From: Ostrea edulis
Taxonomy: Eukaryota
NCBI RefSeq assembly: GCF_947568905.1
Contig: NC_079165.1
Span: forward strand, 96,100,001-96,164,000
Direction of reading: 5' to 3'
Length of the DNA: 64,000 nt
This document shows positions 51,612-64,000 of this stretch, piece by piece. The position numbers were made by a program, and so were the translations under genes. Positions within the stretch are counted from its first letter, which is position 1, and each line of letters starts with the position of its first letter. The notes under the pieces are model-generated. The model was not told the origin of the DNA. It saw nothing but the letters and a program-made list of their open reading frames with translations, and did no database searches.

Positions 51612-54600
51612 CTAACTTTTGATTTTGAGAATGATTCCTGCCAGCGCCAGCAGACCGAAGCTCCAGGCAGTGTTGACTAGGTACCCCCTCCAGACTGGCA
51701 TGTCTACCAGTGTCCAACCTGGTCAAACAGGATATTCAAAATATAAACATTGCTCTATGTAATATTGTATACAAGCAGTTTTGGCCCATTTTTTCTGCTA
51801 ATTTCCTCCTTATCCTAAATGGGTATATTCAAAACTGAGCTAATATACATTCATTTATTACTTTAAATTATCAAGAACCAATTTTGGGCTAGTTTAAACC
51901 TGATTTTAAATCATTTTCCAATCTGAATGTATGGGAAAATATACCACATGGCAAAAACAACCCTGCATCCAGCACTCTGATGTGTAATTTTTGAGCCTGT
52001 TTAAAATCTGTCCAACATGAGTGTTAAAACCAGCTATACATGTTCTTGGAAATTGCTTTTATTGCAAATTAATCTGAAACCCTCCCCTGATTTTCCCAGC
52101 AATTTTCTACAAAGCGTAAAATCTTAATATTCCTTTTCAAAATGACATGATACTAGAAGGCATTCAGAGAAATAAACTTCCTTAAATTTATACTTTGTAT
52201 TTTTAAATGGGAGTTCACTGGTTTTTACTGTCTTCTCACAATATTTGCGATGAGGATATACATGTACTAGCACACTGGTAGTATCTCGCCTATATGCATG
52301 CTTTTGTTGGTATCATCAAAATTTTTAAGCCATATTTCTAATCCAATTTCCAGGAGTATTGTCTTGTATAAGAATCTAAGTTCTTATTGATTTTATTGAT
52401 TTTTGCGATAAAATATAAAAGGTCAAGGGCACTGAAAGTTTCACAGCATTTTATGGATGCTACCTATTCAATACAAATATCATAAACTGAGAACAGACTT
52501 AAGTCAAAATAAAGATTTTGTATATACCCATGGCTTGATCAATTTGAAAATCTGACTCCATTATATTATAAGATTCTGGTCCAGGATCCTGGATTCCTAT
52601 TGATTTTAATAGGTCAACAGGCATATTCCAATTCACTGTGTACAAGATTTCAGCTGTATTTTGTATCCAAAATCAACAACTCTTGAAGGGTTGTTACCTT
52701 ACACAAAGATCTTGGGCTTTTACTGAATTTTAAGGATAAAAAACATGATAGGTGAAGGCCCAAAGAGAGGAAATTCTGAGAGCTCCCATTGCAAGGTGAC
52801 ATCTTACTTTGTGAAGCCCTTGATACATATTCTCTAACTGAATATAAATTCGTAAAAAATTTCAAATGGCGTGATCAGTAATGGGGAGTGCTGGATCTGA
52901 TATAAATGTTTTCTTTCAGAAAATTCAAAATAAAGAAGAATGTTCATTACCTCTACTAAGAATACACCTCATTGCTTCTGCTGCATAGGTTTGAGGCAGA
53001 CATATACTGATGTACCGCAACCATTCTGGAATAGCCTCGATGGGCCATATTATACCTACAGAGTACAGACACATATTGAAAATTATTCCCAAAAATATCA
53101 ACTATACATTTATATTCAAAAGTACACGTAGAAAGGAAGTTTGAGAAATCACCTCAAATTTCAACATCATTGTTCATATCTCTACAATTTTTTTTGAGGA
53201 TGTGATGAGTATCATTCACCCTAGTCAAATAATGTTGTATGTGTGTTGGATGATTTACTTTTTCACTGAACACTCACCACATAGAAGTAACATTGGATAC
53301 ACAGAACACTCACCACTTAGTAGTAATACTGGATACACAGAACACTCACCACTTAGAACACTGGATACACAGAACACTCACCACATAGAAGTAACATTGG
53401 ATACACAGAACACTCACCACATAGAAGTAACATTGGATACACAGAACACTTACCACTTAGTAGTAATACTGGATACACAGAACACTCACCACTTAGAACA
53501 CTGGATACACAGAACACTCACCACATAGAAGTAACATTGGATACACAGAACACTCACCACATAGAAGTAACATTGGATACACAGAACACTTACCACTTAG
53601 TAGTAACATTGGATACACAGAACACTTACCACTTAGTAGTAACATTGGATACACAGAACACTTACCACTTAGTAGTAACATTGGATACACAGAACACTTA
53701 CCACTTAGTAGTAACATTGGATACACAGAACACTTACCACTTAGTAGTAACATTGGATACACAGAACACTCACCACTTAGTAGTAACATTGGATACACAG
53801 AACCAAGGGCTAGTTGTATAGCAGAGGACTCGTTCTCACAAACAGCTGAAAATATCACACCTGCAAACACAACTTATCATTTCTTAATGAAGCATACCTT
53901 TAATGATATTTCACAGATTCTACATATAAAAATCATCAGACTCATATGTGTATAGGGTCTATCTCAAATTCATATTTCTTTTGCTTTTTTCTTCTGGGTT
54001 GGGTGAAGTGTTTGTTGATTAATTAATATCTCATTTTTTTCATTTTCATTAAACACTGCATAGTCATCAAAGCACTGACCTAGGGTCATTCCACAGAATC
54101 CTTGCCCCATGACCAGTAAAATGACCCATATCAGGGGGCCTTTGTATGGAACCTGCAAGTGAAAAAAAGGTGCATATCATAGAAATGATGGAAAGGGTGA
54201 ATATCTCCTATGTAAAAAATCCCACATGTAAACAAAGACATGCCAAAAATAGAAAAGACATGACTGAGTAACAGTCTGTTAAAACTACAATGCTCAGTGT
54301 GCTCATGTTCTGTCTGTTTGGGTCGTAATGAAAGAAATAGTAAAAACTGCCCTTCTTTGAAATCCACAAGAAAGGAAATTCATGAATGAACATTTCATAC
54401 CCGAAAAACTAGCACAGAGATTACATACCTTATTTCATACTAGGCTCCGTAAAGCAATAAAAATAGTTAACATGGGAAACTAACCTCGAAAACTGCTAAA
54501 GCAAACACCATCACTAGAGCAACTTGGACTGTCAGCACAAACAGCTGTGTAAAGACGTGGGCCAAGAGGATTTCGAAGGCAGACATTCCAGCTGTCAAAC

Positions 54601-57600
54601 TCCGATCTAACAGTCCCTCCTTCTTTTCTATCACAAAAGCCAGCGTTGTCAGACCAGTGGCCATAAAAAAAGTAATGCTACAAGAAAATCACTTACACAT
54701 TGTCAATTTTTTAGAAGTTTTTTTCACTGCCGGTATGTTAAGGCAGGTGATACCACATTTCTGCATGTAAATTGTGCAGTCTTTACAACCTGTACTAAAC
54801 AAAGGAAGGGAGCTATTAAACTTCTAAAACTATTTTGAGAGCTTACATTAAAACATTTAGTGTCTTAACAAGGTGACAAAGATGTGCTTTAGTAAGACAT
54901 CATCACATGGTTGTTATTTAATAGATAATGAATGTACCTTAAAAAATGAAAAAATATAACACTAACCTTGCTTTAAACATCAATTTGATTGGCATTATTT
55001 TAAAAAGGTAAAACACCCAAAGTTTACAAAAGTGCTGCTAAAATAATGTACTTATTTCAATCATGATATGTCACATTGTTTTGCAGATTTTTTCCAAGCC
55101 AAGTTTTTCATGACCTGTCTTAATGTACCCTTGACAGTTTTCAATTAACTTCTTAAATCTAAGAAATAAATATCAAGGATATTTGAATTATGAAAGCATG
55201 AGATAATTCATATAATCCACAGAGGCATAAATGCAATGCATGAAAGTTCTCAATAATACGGGACTTTTGAGATACGGATCCATTCTGACTTTTATCGCGT
55301 GTTGAACGTAATTTGTAGGGCATGTCACTTCCGAATCACAATACCAACTAGGCAAACAAACATAGAATACTTCAATTGCTCTCAAATTCCCGCATTGAAA
55401 TGCTATCTTTGAAAGAAAGGAATCACTATAACCATTTTATAGGAAAATGCATTTGATTAAACTATCCAAGTTGACGAGGGAAATAAATTTAGGGAATATT
55501 TTGAGGACATCGGTAAGACTTAACGCCTTGCATCCAATGATACGCATCTAAATGCATCTTTTCCCACCCATCTAATTTACACTCAGGTACTTAGCACCAA
55601 TAGTGACTTGGGTCGTCATCGTAGAACAACACATAGCTCTTTACGGACCATCTGCTAGCGAAACACCATTTGTATCTATGTCAACTCTGCCCTACAATTG
55701 GTTATAATCACGTGACTGCGGTGTATAAACGTCAAGCCTAAACAGTCGTTCCGGCACATCCCGAAAGTTCCATATTGTTAATGTTTGCTAAACATATCAA
55801 CATATCCAGAGTACTTACAAAAGAATTGCACGCTTTGTACCTGAGTATTATTCCAGGTGCTATAAAGTTCCTGAAGTTGGGGTCTTTGCTACCATAGATA
55901 GGATCATTCATCTGTAAAGGAAATAAGGATTTGTTCAATCAGATGAGTACTAAACGATGTCCACTTACTTACACTTGTATAACAATATATCTCTCAAAAT
56001 AAGAACTGTTAGTTGCACTCTGAATTATGTGACCCCTGACTACATATATAATATTGTACAATATTATTATTATCTTTTAATTTCTGAAATTGTATATATA
56101 TGAATTATATGAACTAAAAGCCTTTCTAATCCAGGGGGCCCCTGGCACCCCAGGTGAGGAATACTTAGGGGATATCTTCGGATATTTTACCCCAAAACTA
56201 GAATTATGTACTTACTTAATAAAATCAATGTCAACTATGGAAAAAAAAAAAAAGTTGCACTCAGCAGTAAGACTACCAATCATTTTTCACTGACCTTTAT
56301 GGGAAGCTGTCCTAAATTTGGATTAAGCTGAAAAGTTTGCAGTAATATCTCAGAAAATGCTTGGAATGAAGAGGCAATGGACTCCTGTAACTGTAATGTA
56401 ATCTGTTGGTCTGCAAGAGAAAGGTTTTCATGCCAGTATAATTCAGTTTTCACTGAATTTTATCCCAGTACTTGACAAACATTTTTTTGTACCTTTTTTT
56501 GGTTGCTGGTAATTATTGTTGAATTTATGTATTCAATAGAAGACATCTAGTGAATTACTAAGTCGTATTCTTGATTCCGTGAATATTTCACACTTACTTG
56601 TTGTGTCTAAATATAGTTGTATACAGCTCCCTTCAATAGTACGGTTGTCAACCCCTGATACGTTGGTAAATCTGTAATGTAACTCATGCAAATAATATTT
56701 TAAAAATTGTAATGATTTTGCCTTTGATATTTTTTAAAACTGTTATGACAGCCATTTCCTCATGAACACGCTGCAGTTGTAAACAATGGTATGAATACAG
56801 ACCTACTTGATAAATATAGTACATTTCTTTTAACGACTGGGAATTCTGACAGAAAAGAGAGTAGCTTCAGGAAGTATGCCAGCTTAAAACATGGCAGTTC
56901 ATACACTCGTGTATTTTCAATTTAAAAAAAAACAAAAGACAAACATAACACATTTCATAGTCTTGTTATCTACTACTTACCTTGTGAGGAGGTCCTGAGT
57001 GAAATTCCTCCCTATTCCAATGACTCCCCATGTATCCCCAAGTCTCACGGAATCTAGCGCTACATTCATGTCTTTATATATTACCTACCAAAAACAGAAT
57101 GGCTTAACATAACAGTATGACCCTATTCACCATTAGGAGTTATTAAATGCAGAATGAAACTAAATATCTATTTGTACATTATTGTTTTGTACACTGTATC
57201 ATATACTGTAATAGATGTACAATATTCTTAATCTGATAAAGCCAGCCCCCTTTTTCCTATCGACATGTTCTGATGGGCATCGTCTGGAGGTCATCCTGAC
57301 GACGATAGGAGAAGGGGGGCTGGCTTTACTCAGACTGCAATATTCTTATCAAATTGTGCAGTAACATTGTTTTCCTCAATATTTTAGTTGCACATTAAAC
57401 ACATAATCCAACAAAGCAAGCATGTCTGTGCAGTGCAGGGCCCAACTGAAATAAAACTATTTTCTCACTAGAAATGTGATGGAATTTGTAAATCACTGAC
57501 AGCTTATGGCTCGGATGTCGGATCTAATGGAAATACCCAGGCTTATGGCTTGGATGTCGGATCTAATGGAAATACCCAGGCTTATGGCCTGGATGTCGGA

Positions 57601-60600
57601 TCTAATGGAAATACCCAGGCTTACGGCTCGGATGTCGGATCTAATGGAAATATCAAGGCTTATGGCTCGGATGTCGAATCTAATAGAAATACCCACACGG
57701 GGGATTCTGGAATTATTTTGCCATGGCTATCTTTTGAGATGAATAACCAGTACAACTGAGTAACATCACCTATACATGTTCATTACCTTACTAATCGTTT
57801 CATTATCCAGTTCCCTGATAAATAGCTGTCCCAATCCCTCTGTTTCGTTGTTGACGATGGCCATTTTTAATCCGTATGGTGAGCTCCCAATACACAGACA
57901 AAACAGGATGATCTGTATTGATGGCAAAATAAACTGAAACAAAAGAAAACTGAAATGGAAAAGTAAAAGCTTTCCATAAATTCTTTCCATTAAGTATGCA
58001 AATATTTTATAGCATTTTGCTAATGAATGTGTAAAACTGACTGTTGAGATGCATGATCAGAGATTTGGGTTCAACAGGACTGTTTCCTTGAATAGTGCAA
58101 CTCCCAACAAGAGAACAGACATTAAAATACTCCACAGTGTAATTGGTCTGCTATTTTTTTTTTTTTTTTTTTTACAAAGTTTGTAGGATATCTCCAATAG
58201 CAACCCCCCTCCAGTAAACTACTAGTATAGTTATCACTGTTATTGATAATATTGAGGTGTTGTTGAATTAAGTGGGGGGGGGGGGGGGGGGGGGGGGACT
58301 AGATATAACTTGCACAAACTTAATTAAAGGTCATAATACCAGTAAGATGATGTACACAATCTTTTCTTTTAATGGTTTATATTGTGCAAGTGATAAAGTT
58401 TGTCTGAAGCATAAATGAATCTTACCCAATGTTTCTTTTCATAAATATGATATTCTTCAGAAATTGAGCAAAAATATTTCTGGGAGATGGTAATCCAATT
58501 GGGCAGAGGTAGTTCCCAGGGACTTCTATTTGTGCATCTAAAACATTTCACAATATATCATATCACTCTGATTCTGTTCACAAGCATCTAAGACACTTTA
58601 CATCAAACTGGTTTTACTCACAGTAGTATTAAAATGTTTGGAACCAAACCAGATTTATTTTATTTCTTGCTGTGAATCTAAAAATTCATATGGCAATACT
58701 TTCATACTGGTCTGAATTTCAATGAAACACTTTGATTATCCTAAATATGGGCTTTGGAGTATCTGAGCATCAAACAAAGAGATAAAAGTCACATACAGTG
58801 GATGGATTGTTACTTAAATTGGCCTAAAAATTCTTAAATTTACATATTTCTATGTTCTCCACGAATCATAATTTGTTTTGTGGCTGGACAATTTGAAGAA
58901 ATTTAAAACAAAAATATACCAGGAAAATTTTGATTCATTCATTTCACACACTTCCTCAGTCTGAATGGGAAAATTGAAAACTGGAGAAATTTTAATCTTG
59001 CCTATCAATTCAAAGCAGCAGTAAATGATTTTGGGCCAATCCAAAATACAGATGGAATTGTTTTTCAATGTGTCCGGGCAAAAATTACATTGGAGAAACA
59101 TTTCTCAGCACAAAGTATTCTAAGGTCTATGGATTGTCACTAAGGTCATCTTAAACAGTCTGTTTATCTTGGATATATATTTTGAATAACAGTATTGAGT
59201 AACCACAATCTATTCATGCAATCTAATTATTCTACATCTGAACTTTATATAAACATTCTGATTAATGACAAAGTTTTTACGTGAAACTGATGACACCTGC
59301 ATTAAAAAGAGAGAGAGAAAACGACATGATGTGTTCATGTAGAATAATCATAAATTTTCCTCATTTTAAATACATTCATATGTATTCTCTAAATAATACA
59401 TTTCTATGTCATGTACATAATGTTAAATAAACATGCAAAATATAGTAATTATTACCCAATAATTATAATATACCGGGTACACCCAATAATTTCTACATGT
59501 AGATCATTTTCATAAAGTTTAAATACAGATCATTTTTGAGAGTTCAATACCTCATATCTAAGTCCAGACATTTTATGTAAGTTACTTACTAGTTACAAGA
59601 AAAGTAATGCATGCCTTGGTTTAACAATTTCCTTGATATAACATTAAAACTGAAATGTATCTCAGTACAGATACTACACAGGAGTGACTATGAAGCAGCA
59701 ACTGACATCCATAACCCTGGGTAGTAAACCTTTTAATAAAATAATTGCTGTCCTCCAAATTTCTCAAGGATTGTCTTGTAGGCATATACTGTAAACCAAC
59801 TTTTATTCGCGTGCGAGAAAATTTTGCGAGATTAGCAAGAACCTCATAGTCGCAAATATTTCTCATCATGAACCAGTCCTTGAATGTCTTTCATAGGTTC
59901 GAATAAGGCTTGATCGCGAAAATTCCTTGCCGTGAACTAGTTTACCACAGATGAATCACAAAATAAAGTAGCCATGAATAAAAGATGGCTTACAGTATCC
60001 CGGTAACCAAATGTCCATAGTTCCTACTCGTGATACTGCCACACAGTAATAATAATAATGTCCTTTACTTACAAGACAGTTTGATGTAATGATGTAGCAG
60101 TTTAAATAAAGTGAGGGCATGTAAGTACAAAGCCTTGAAATATTTTTCCTAAGTGAAAATACCAAAATTCTGCATGTCGTGCAGCAGTAATGGAGTCGTC
60201 TCCCCTGCTGGCTCATGTTCAGAGTTCACCATCTTCATACTAGGTTTGCTTGGCTGGTGACTCTGAAAAAATGAAAATCCATAGTGTTTTCAGATATGAA
60301 CACCATAATACAGTATGCATATTAACAATCTTGCACGGCAAAACACACCTTACTGTGTATTAAAGGGGCATTATATGTAATTTTGTCACCAAAGATTTAA
60401 TTCAATGGAAATTGTTCTATATTACATATTTCAGTAATAACACCAGTATCTAATTATTTCAAACACTTTTTAACCTCAAAACATGCAGGCACATCAATAT
60501 GTGTAATTTCGGTGATTAAATAATCATTGTTTTGCAAGACAATAATTCTTTTTACATATTTCTTTACACTAAAAGTGGTTATCTAACATAGTTTTATTAG

Positions 60601-61830
60601 GTTTTTCTTGTTTTCGTACATAATAAATGTTTGTTAGTCATTATTATATTATATTCCTATGCCATTGAGAGATTTTGAGAGAAAAAATGGTTGCCATCAC
60701 TTCCACAGCTAATGCTCCTTTAAGATCTTAATCTAGGATGGGGAATTCAGAAAGTCATACATGTTGTAAAACTGAAAAGTTTTGTATCTAATCATTAATC
60801 AACATGAATAGCACATGGCATATATTCTTTTATATTGTTCCTGAGGATTTTTTTTTATTAACATGTATTTTAACAGTACTCTTGATTTTTGGCCATTATA
60901 TGTATTGATTGTATATATACAGTCTAGAATATCCTTATTCATATATTCTTATGGGGATCCGGGTTAGACTAGGTCCTCAGTACCCCTTGCTTGTTATAAG
61001 AGGTGACTAGATGGGGTGGTCCTTCAGAGGAGACCGCAAAAACCGAGGTCCCATGTCACAGCAGGTGTGGCACGATAGAGATCCCATAGGCCATATGTGT
61101 TGAGCATTATAGGCCTAAATTTTGCAGCCCTTGACCGGCAATGATGACATCACTGTATAAGTGAAAGATTCTGAAGAGGGACATTAAATAATATACAACC
61201 AACCAAACTTATGTATTTTTACCAAATTTCAGTACAGTGACAAGAGTTATCTGCCCTTTATAACAGTTGATATAGTAAATTTCATGGGATATTATGACAT
61301 TACATAATTCAAGTTTCATAATATTTTGTTTTTTAAAATAATCTGTCTTATATTTAAACAACATACCAGTATGTACTTCTAAGTTAACCAAAACATGTAC
61401 CACCTGTACATAAATATTTCCCGGTGTCATTTTGTGACAAGAGTAAGCAACAGAATGTATTTGTTTATCATCTGTCTCCCTGTGATGGCCAATTCTATTG
61501 TTTCTATTTGACTCGATCACCATCACTGAGTACATGTAGTTTGGAGTTTTGGGTCTATTTACTGTTAGATATGTTGTGCGTTACAGTGAATTAGATTACT
61601 TTAATGGAGAAAGACAAATATAATTCAACTATTGGTGGCAGTTACCAGGAGGGAACGGGAAGAGGGCAAAGAAAATATGAACAGCTACTCAACAAATATA
61701 TATATTGGTACATCAAAAAGGTATTTTACTGCTAAGGGTGCAATATGTGCTGTCATACCTCTCCTGCAAGATTCATGTTCAGAGTGTTTTGATCTGCATG
61801 ACATAGTTTCAGGAATATTGTTTCCAAACA
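51612..61830 (-). CDS. ABC half-transporter, ABCH-like (ABC-2-type membrane domain at the C-terminus); 5'-partial, 13 exons, 458 aa in window
   Basis: Exons in transcription order: 61830-61759 (CLETIFLKLC), 60262-60163, 58537-58426 (PSPRNIFAQFLKNIIFMKRNIG), 57949-57787 (FLLFQFILPSIQIILFCLCIG), 57084-56981, 56671-56598 (LYLDTT), 56410-56295 (NQQI), 55911-55841 (PIYGSKDPNFRNFIAPGIIL), 54677-54485 (EKKEGLLDRSLTAG...LAH), 54152-54080, 53860-53774 (LGSVYPMLLLSG), 53055-52951 (IIWPIEAIPEWLRYIS.CLPQT.A.EAMR.IL.RG), 51718-51612 (stop). All introns are GT-AG and phases are continuous (1377 nt). No Walker A/B exons were found, so the ATPase domain lies beyond 64000. Confidence 0.9.
53268..53803 (-). 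repeat. 36-bp minisatellite duplicating the last 30 nt of an ABCH exon plus its 5' splice site (15 donor copies)
   Basis: Sense unit GTTCTGTGTATCCAATGTTACTACTAAGTG|GT(A/G)AGT. The first copy is the real exon end (53774). Two internal units are 32 bp. Confidence 0.93.
57232..57334. repeat. About 100-nt hairpin (mini inverted-repeat element)
   Basis: Left arm tctgataaagccagccccctttttcctatcg pairs with right arm cgataggagaaggggggctggctttactcaga. Confidence 0.75.
57502..57696. repeat. 39-bp minisatellite, 5 copies
   Basis: Unit gcttatggctcggatgtcggatctaatggaaatacccag; it explains three overlapping repetitive ORFs. Confidence 0.92.
59787..59997. mobile_element. TA-flanked MITE (TACTGTAAACC...GGCTTACAGTA), Tc1/mariner-type
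   Basis: Short TIRs with TA at both ends, plus subterminal inverted 'ttttattcgcg' / 'catgaataaaa'. Confidence 0.7.
60952..61207 (+). mobile_element. SINE fragment (3' part), copy 2
   Basis: Homologous to 25030-25270; ends in an (aacc)n tail. Confidence 0.6.
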
Positions 61831-62580
61831 CTGAAAAATAAAAACAAAAAACAAAAAATATACACAGGTAACAGGAATCCAGTAAATTAAAATCAGACTT
61901 CTTAGATCCGCACCGTATAACTCTGCATAAGAAGATCTGACATAACCCAACTAGGGGTCATGTTCATGTGAACTTTATGTTAGCCAATCAGTGAGTTGCC
62001 TATGAAATCGTCAGTGTTCACAAATCAAGGAAAATGGCTGCAATTGTTTGGTTTGAACGAAAATACATCACAGTTAGATGTGACGTCACAATGCACTGTT
62101 TACGTCGACTGGCGTTATATTCCTCGCGTTAATCAAGTAAACTATCTTGAAAACTATTCAAATCATACCCATCCCTATTCATACATAAATTGCAATTCAC
62201 AATTAATTTGAGTGTATTTCATATCGTACGTTTTCTTGTTTGTATGACTGGAATAGAATTGGCATTATTGCGAAAGTTTAAAATTCCTAATGAGAAAATA
62301 TATAATTTCATAGTTTGGAATAAACTTCTTGGGAGAGAGATTGAATACTGCAACTTGTTTATGAATTGCCGGGAACCACCTAAATAGCCATCATTGTCTG
62401 TTGGGCGTAATCTGACTGGCTGATAGTTCTCATGAATATTCCAAGCAAAAGGTCATGTGGACGTGACCCCATATGGGGTTATGTCAGATCCTATTGTAGT
62501 GATTGTGAGCATATCTTAGGATCTCATTTAATTAGATTGAGGCCAGTATATAAGCTGGTAACAGGGGGCCAGTGGGCCAC

Positions 62581-62712
62581 AATGCTGAACCAAGTCACCA
62601 TGCTGAACCGAGTTACTATGCTGTACCAAGTCACCATGCTAAACCGAATCACCATGCTGAACCAAATCACCATGCTGAACCGAGTCACCATGCTGAACCA
62701 AGTCACCATGCT
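62581..62712. repeat. 18-bp minisatellite, about 7 copies
   Basis: Unit catgctgaacc(a/g)agtcac; it explains ORFs 62432-62752 and 62524-62721. Confidence 0.9.
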
Positions 62713-64000
62713 CATTATCATGGGCTATAAAAATATTGGCAGTATGGGGTAATTTGCCTATACCCCTTGAATAAACAATCTAGAAATTCAATCTTTACAT
62801 TCTAATTTCGTAATATACAGGTATAGATACATTTTATGCTGAAATACATAACAAATTGCTAGATGCATTAATGCTCTATTTCAGCCCAGTATTAACCAAC
62901 AATTCAAAATCAATTTATTCACAATGCTTGGTTATGGTTTGTGTAATTTGAAGAATTCCTCATTTGTGGTTCATGACAATTTTTTAAAAAAATTTTCTCT
63001 ATACATTTTCTATGAAAACATTCTTGCCCCAGGGGTTTTGGAATGAAGAAAATTGAATCTATATTGCATGAGGATGTTTTTACATGTATATGAATGTGAC
63101 ATTTGTTACTCTGTGAGTCTTAAGATTTAAAAAAAATTTAAAGACACTTGCTACAAACAATTCTATTTATTCCTATGTTACATTTAAAGACACTTGTTAC
63201 AAACAATTCTATTTATTCCTATGTTACATTTAAAGACACTTGCTACAAAGAAATCAAACTTCTTTGTTTTCAAATATTTCTGTAAAAAATGTTAATAAAT
63301 ATGCAAAATATGTAAAAATAGCAACATTACAAACCGAATTAAGTCAAGTTGATCAAATTATTAGCATTTAATGGGTATTTGTTTTCAGAGCTTTCCTGTG
63401 TAATCACTCAAATCCTTTTCACACATTGATTTAAAAATTGCTTTATGTGTATCATGTTCTTTAAATATCAATATATACTTCACGACCAGGAAACTTGTCA
63501 AAAACTGTAAAACTTGAAACTCTTCAAAAGGAGGTAGAAAAATTTGTTTGTAGCAATTGTCTTTTAAACCCTACAAAAAAATGTCTTGTTTGTGGAAAAA
63601 TGCACAAAGGCATTGCATGACAGAATACCCCATAGCAACACGGTATCACTGAAAGAATGCTGCTATTTAAGATTCATTCTATACTATAAGGCAACATTAT
63701 TATCAGCTTTTTACCATGAAATCTCCTTCTCAGTTACATATTAAAAAAAATATGTCATACCTGACCTCAATACAATGACTCTGTCCTTTTTCTATTCTTG
63801 AAGCAAGTACAAGCCTGAAAAGTGGACTGTTTTGATGGTGTCAACAACATTGCTAATAGCAGCCATGACCTTCACCTACCTTCCATTCTGCCATATCACA
63901 TTGTTACATTTGAATACCTATTATGACCTTGACCTTTGTATTTTGAATACATCAAATGGCAGTTTCTTTTCCCCATCTAGCATCTGTGCAGTAAGTATGA

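Noticed and set aside
53268-53803. 36-bp repeats as a CRISPR array
   Set aside because: Units are contiguous with no unique spacers, no cas genes are present, and the context is a eukaryotic intron. The same applies to the 91-, 39-, 35-, 34- and 18-bp arrays.
58273-58298. Poly-G tracts (also about 1000, 21745, 27888, 45918) as functional G-quadruplex elements
   Set aside because: They are simple homopolymers mostly within repeats, their lengths are error-prone, and there is no contextual support.
59621-60216. ORFs 59621-59869 and 59956-60216 as a coding exon split by a MITE
   Set aside because: No recognisable similarity, part of each ORF is MITE sequence, and the ABC transporter frame is complete without them.
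61404-61525. Extra ABC-transporter exon (MVIESNRNNRIG...NIYVQ)
   Set aside because: Its available acceptors are phase 1, whereas the upstream exon (61830-61759) ends in phase 0 and joins 60262 cleanly.
61830-64000. Walker A/B or ABC-signature exons of the transporter
   Set aside because: I looked on the minus strand and found none; the ATPase exons must lie outside the window.

Overview
AT-rich, intron-containing animal genomic DNA, inferred from its repeat landscape and gene set to be a bivalve mollusc (oyster-like). Three spliced protein-coding genes were reconstructed by hand with GT-AG junctions and consistent phases. (1) RPIA, ribose-5-phosphate isomerase A: minus strand, 8 exons, 11..15768, 235 aa. 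(2) A complete C4-zinc-finger nuclear receptor, probably of the NR7/NR8 group: plus strand, 7 coding exons, 31762..38304, 487 aa. (3) The 3' part of an ABCH-type half ABC transporter: minus strand, 13 exons, 51612..61830; the nucleotide-binding domain exons lie beyond the window end. Introns and intergenic DNA are dense in mobile elements: a near full-length RTE LINE, a 5'-truncated CR1 LINE carrying two nested insertions (a Crypton-like tyrosine-recombinase remnant and a 5-bp-TSD MITE), several MITE families with readable TSDs, Helentron-like satellite carriers, SINE fragments and many minisatellites. The two most notable observations are a 36-bp minisatellite that tandemly copies an exon end together with its 5' splice site in the ABC transporter (15 donors, 8 of them in frame), and a weak upstream in-frame AUG in RPIA that encodes a mitochondrial-presequence-like peptide.
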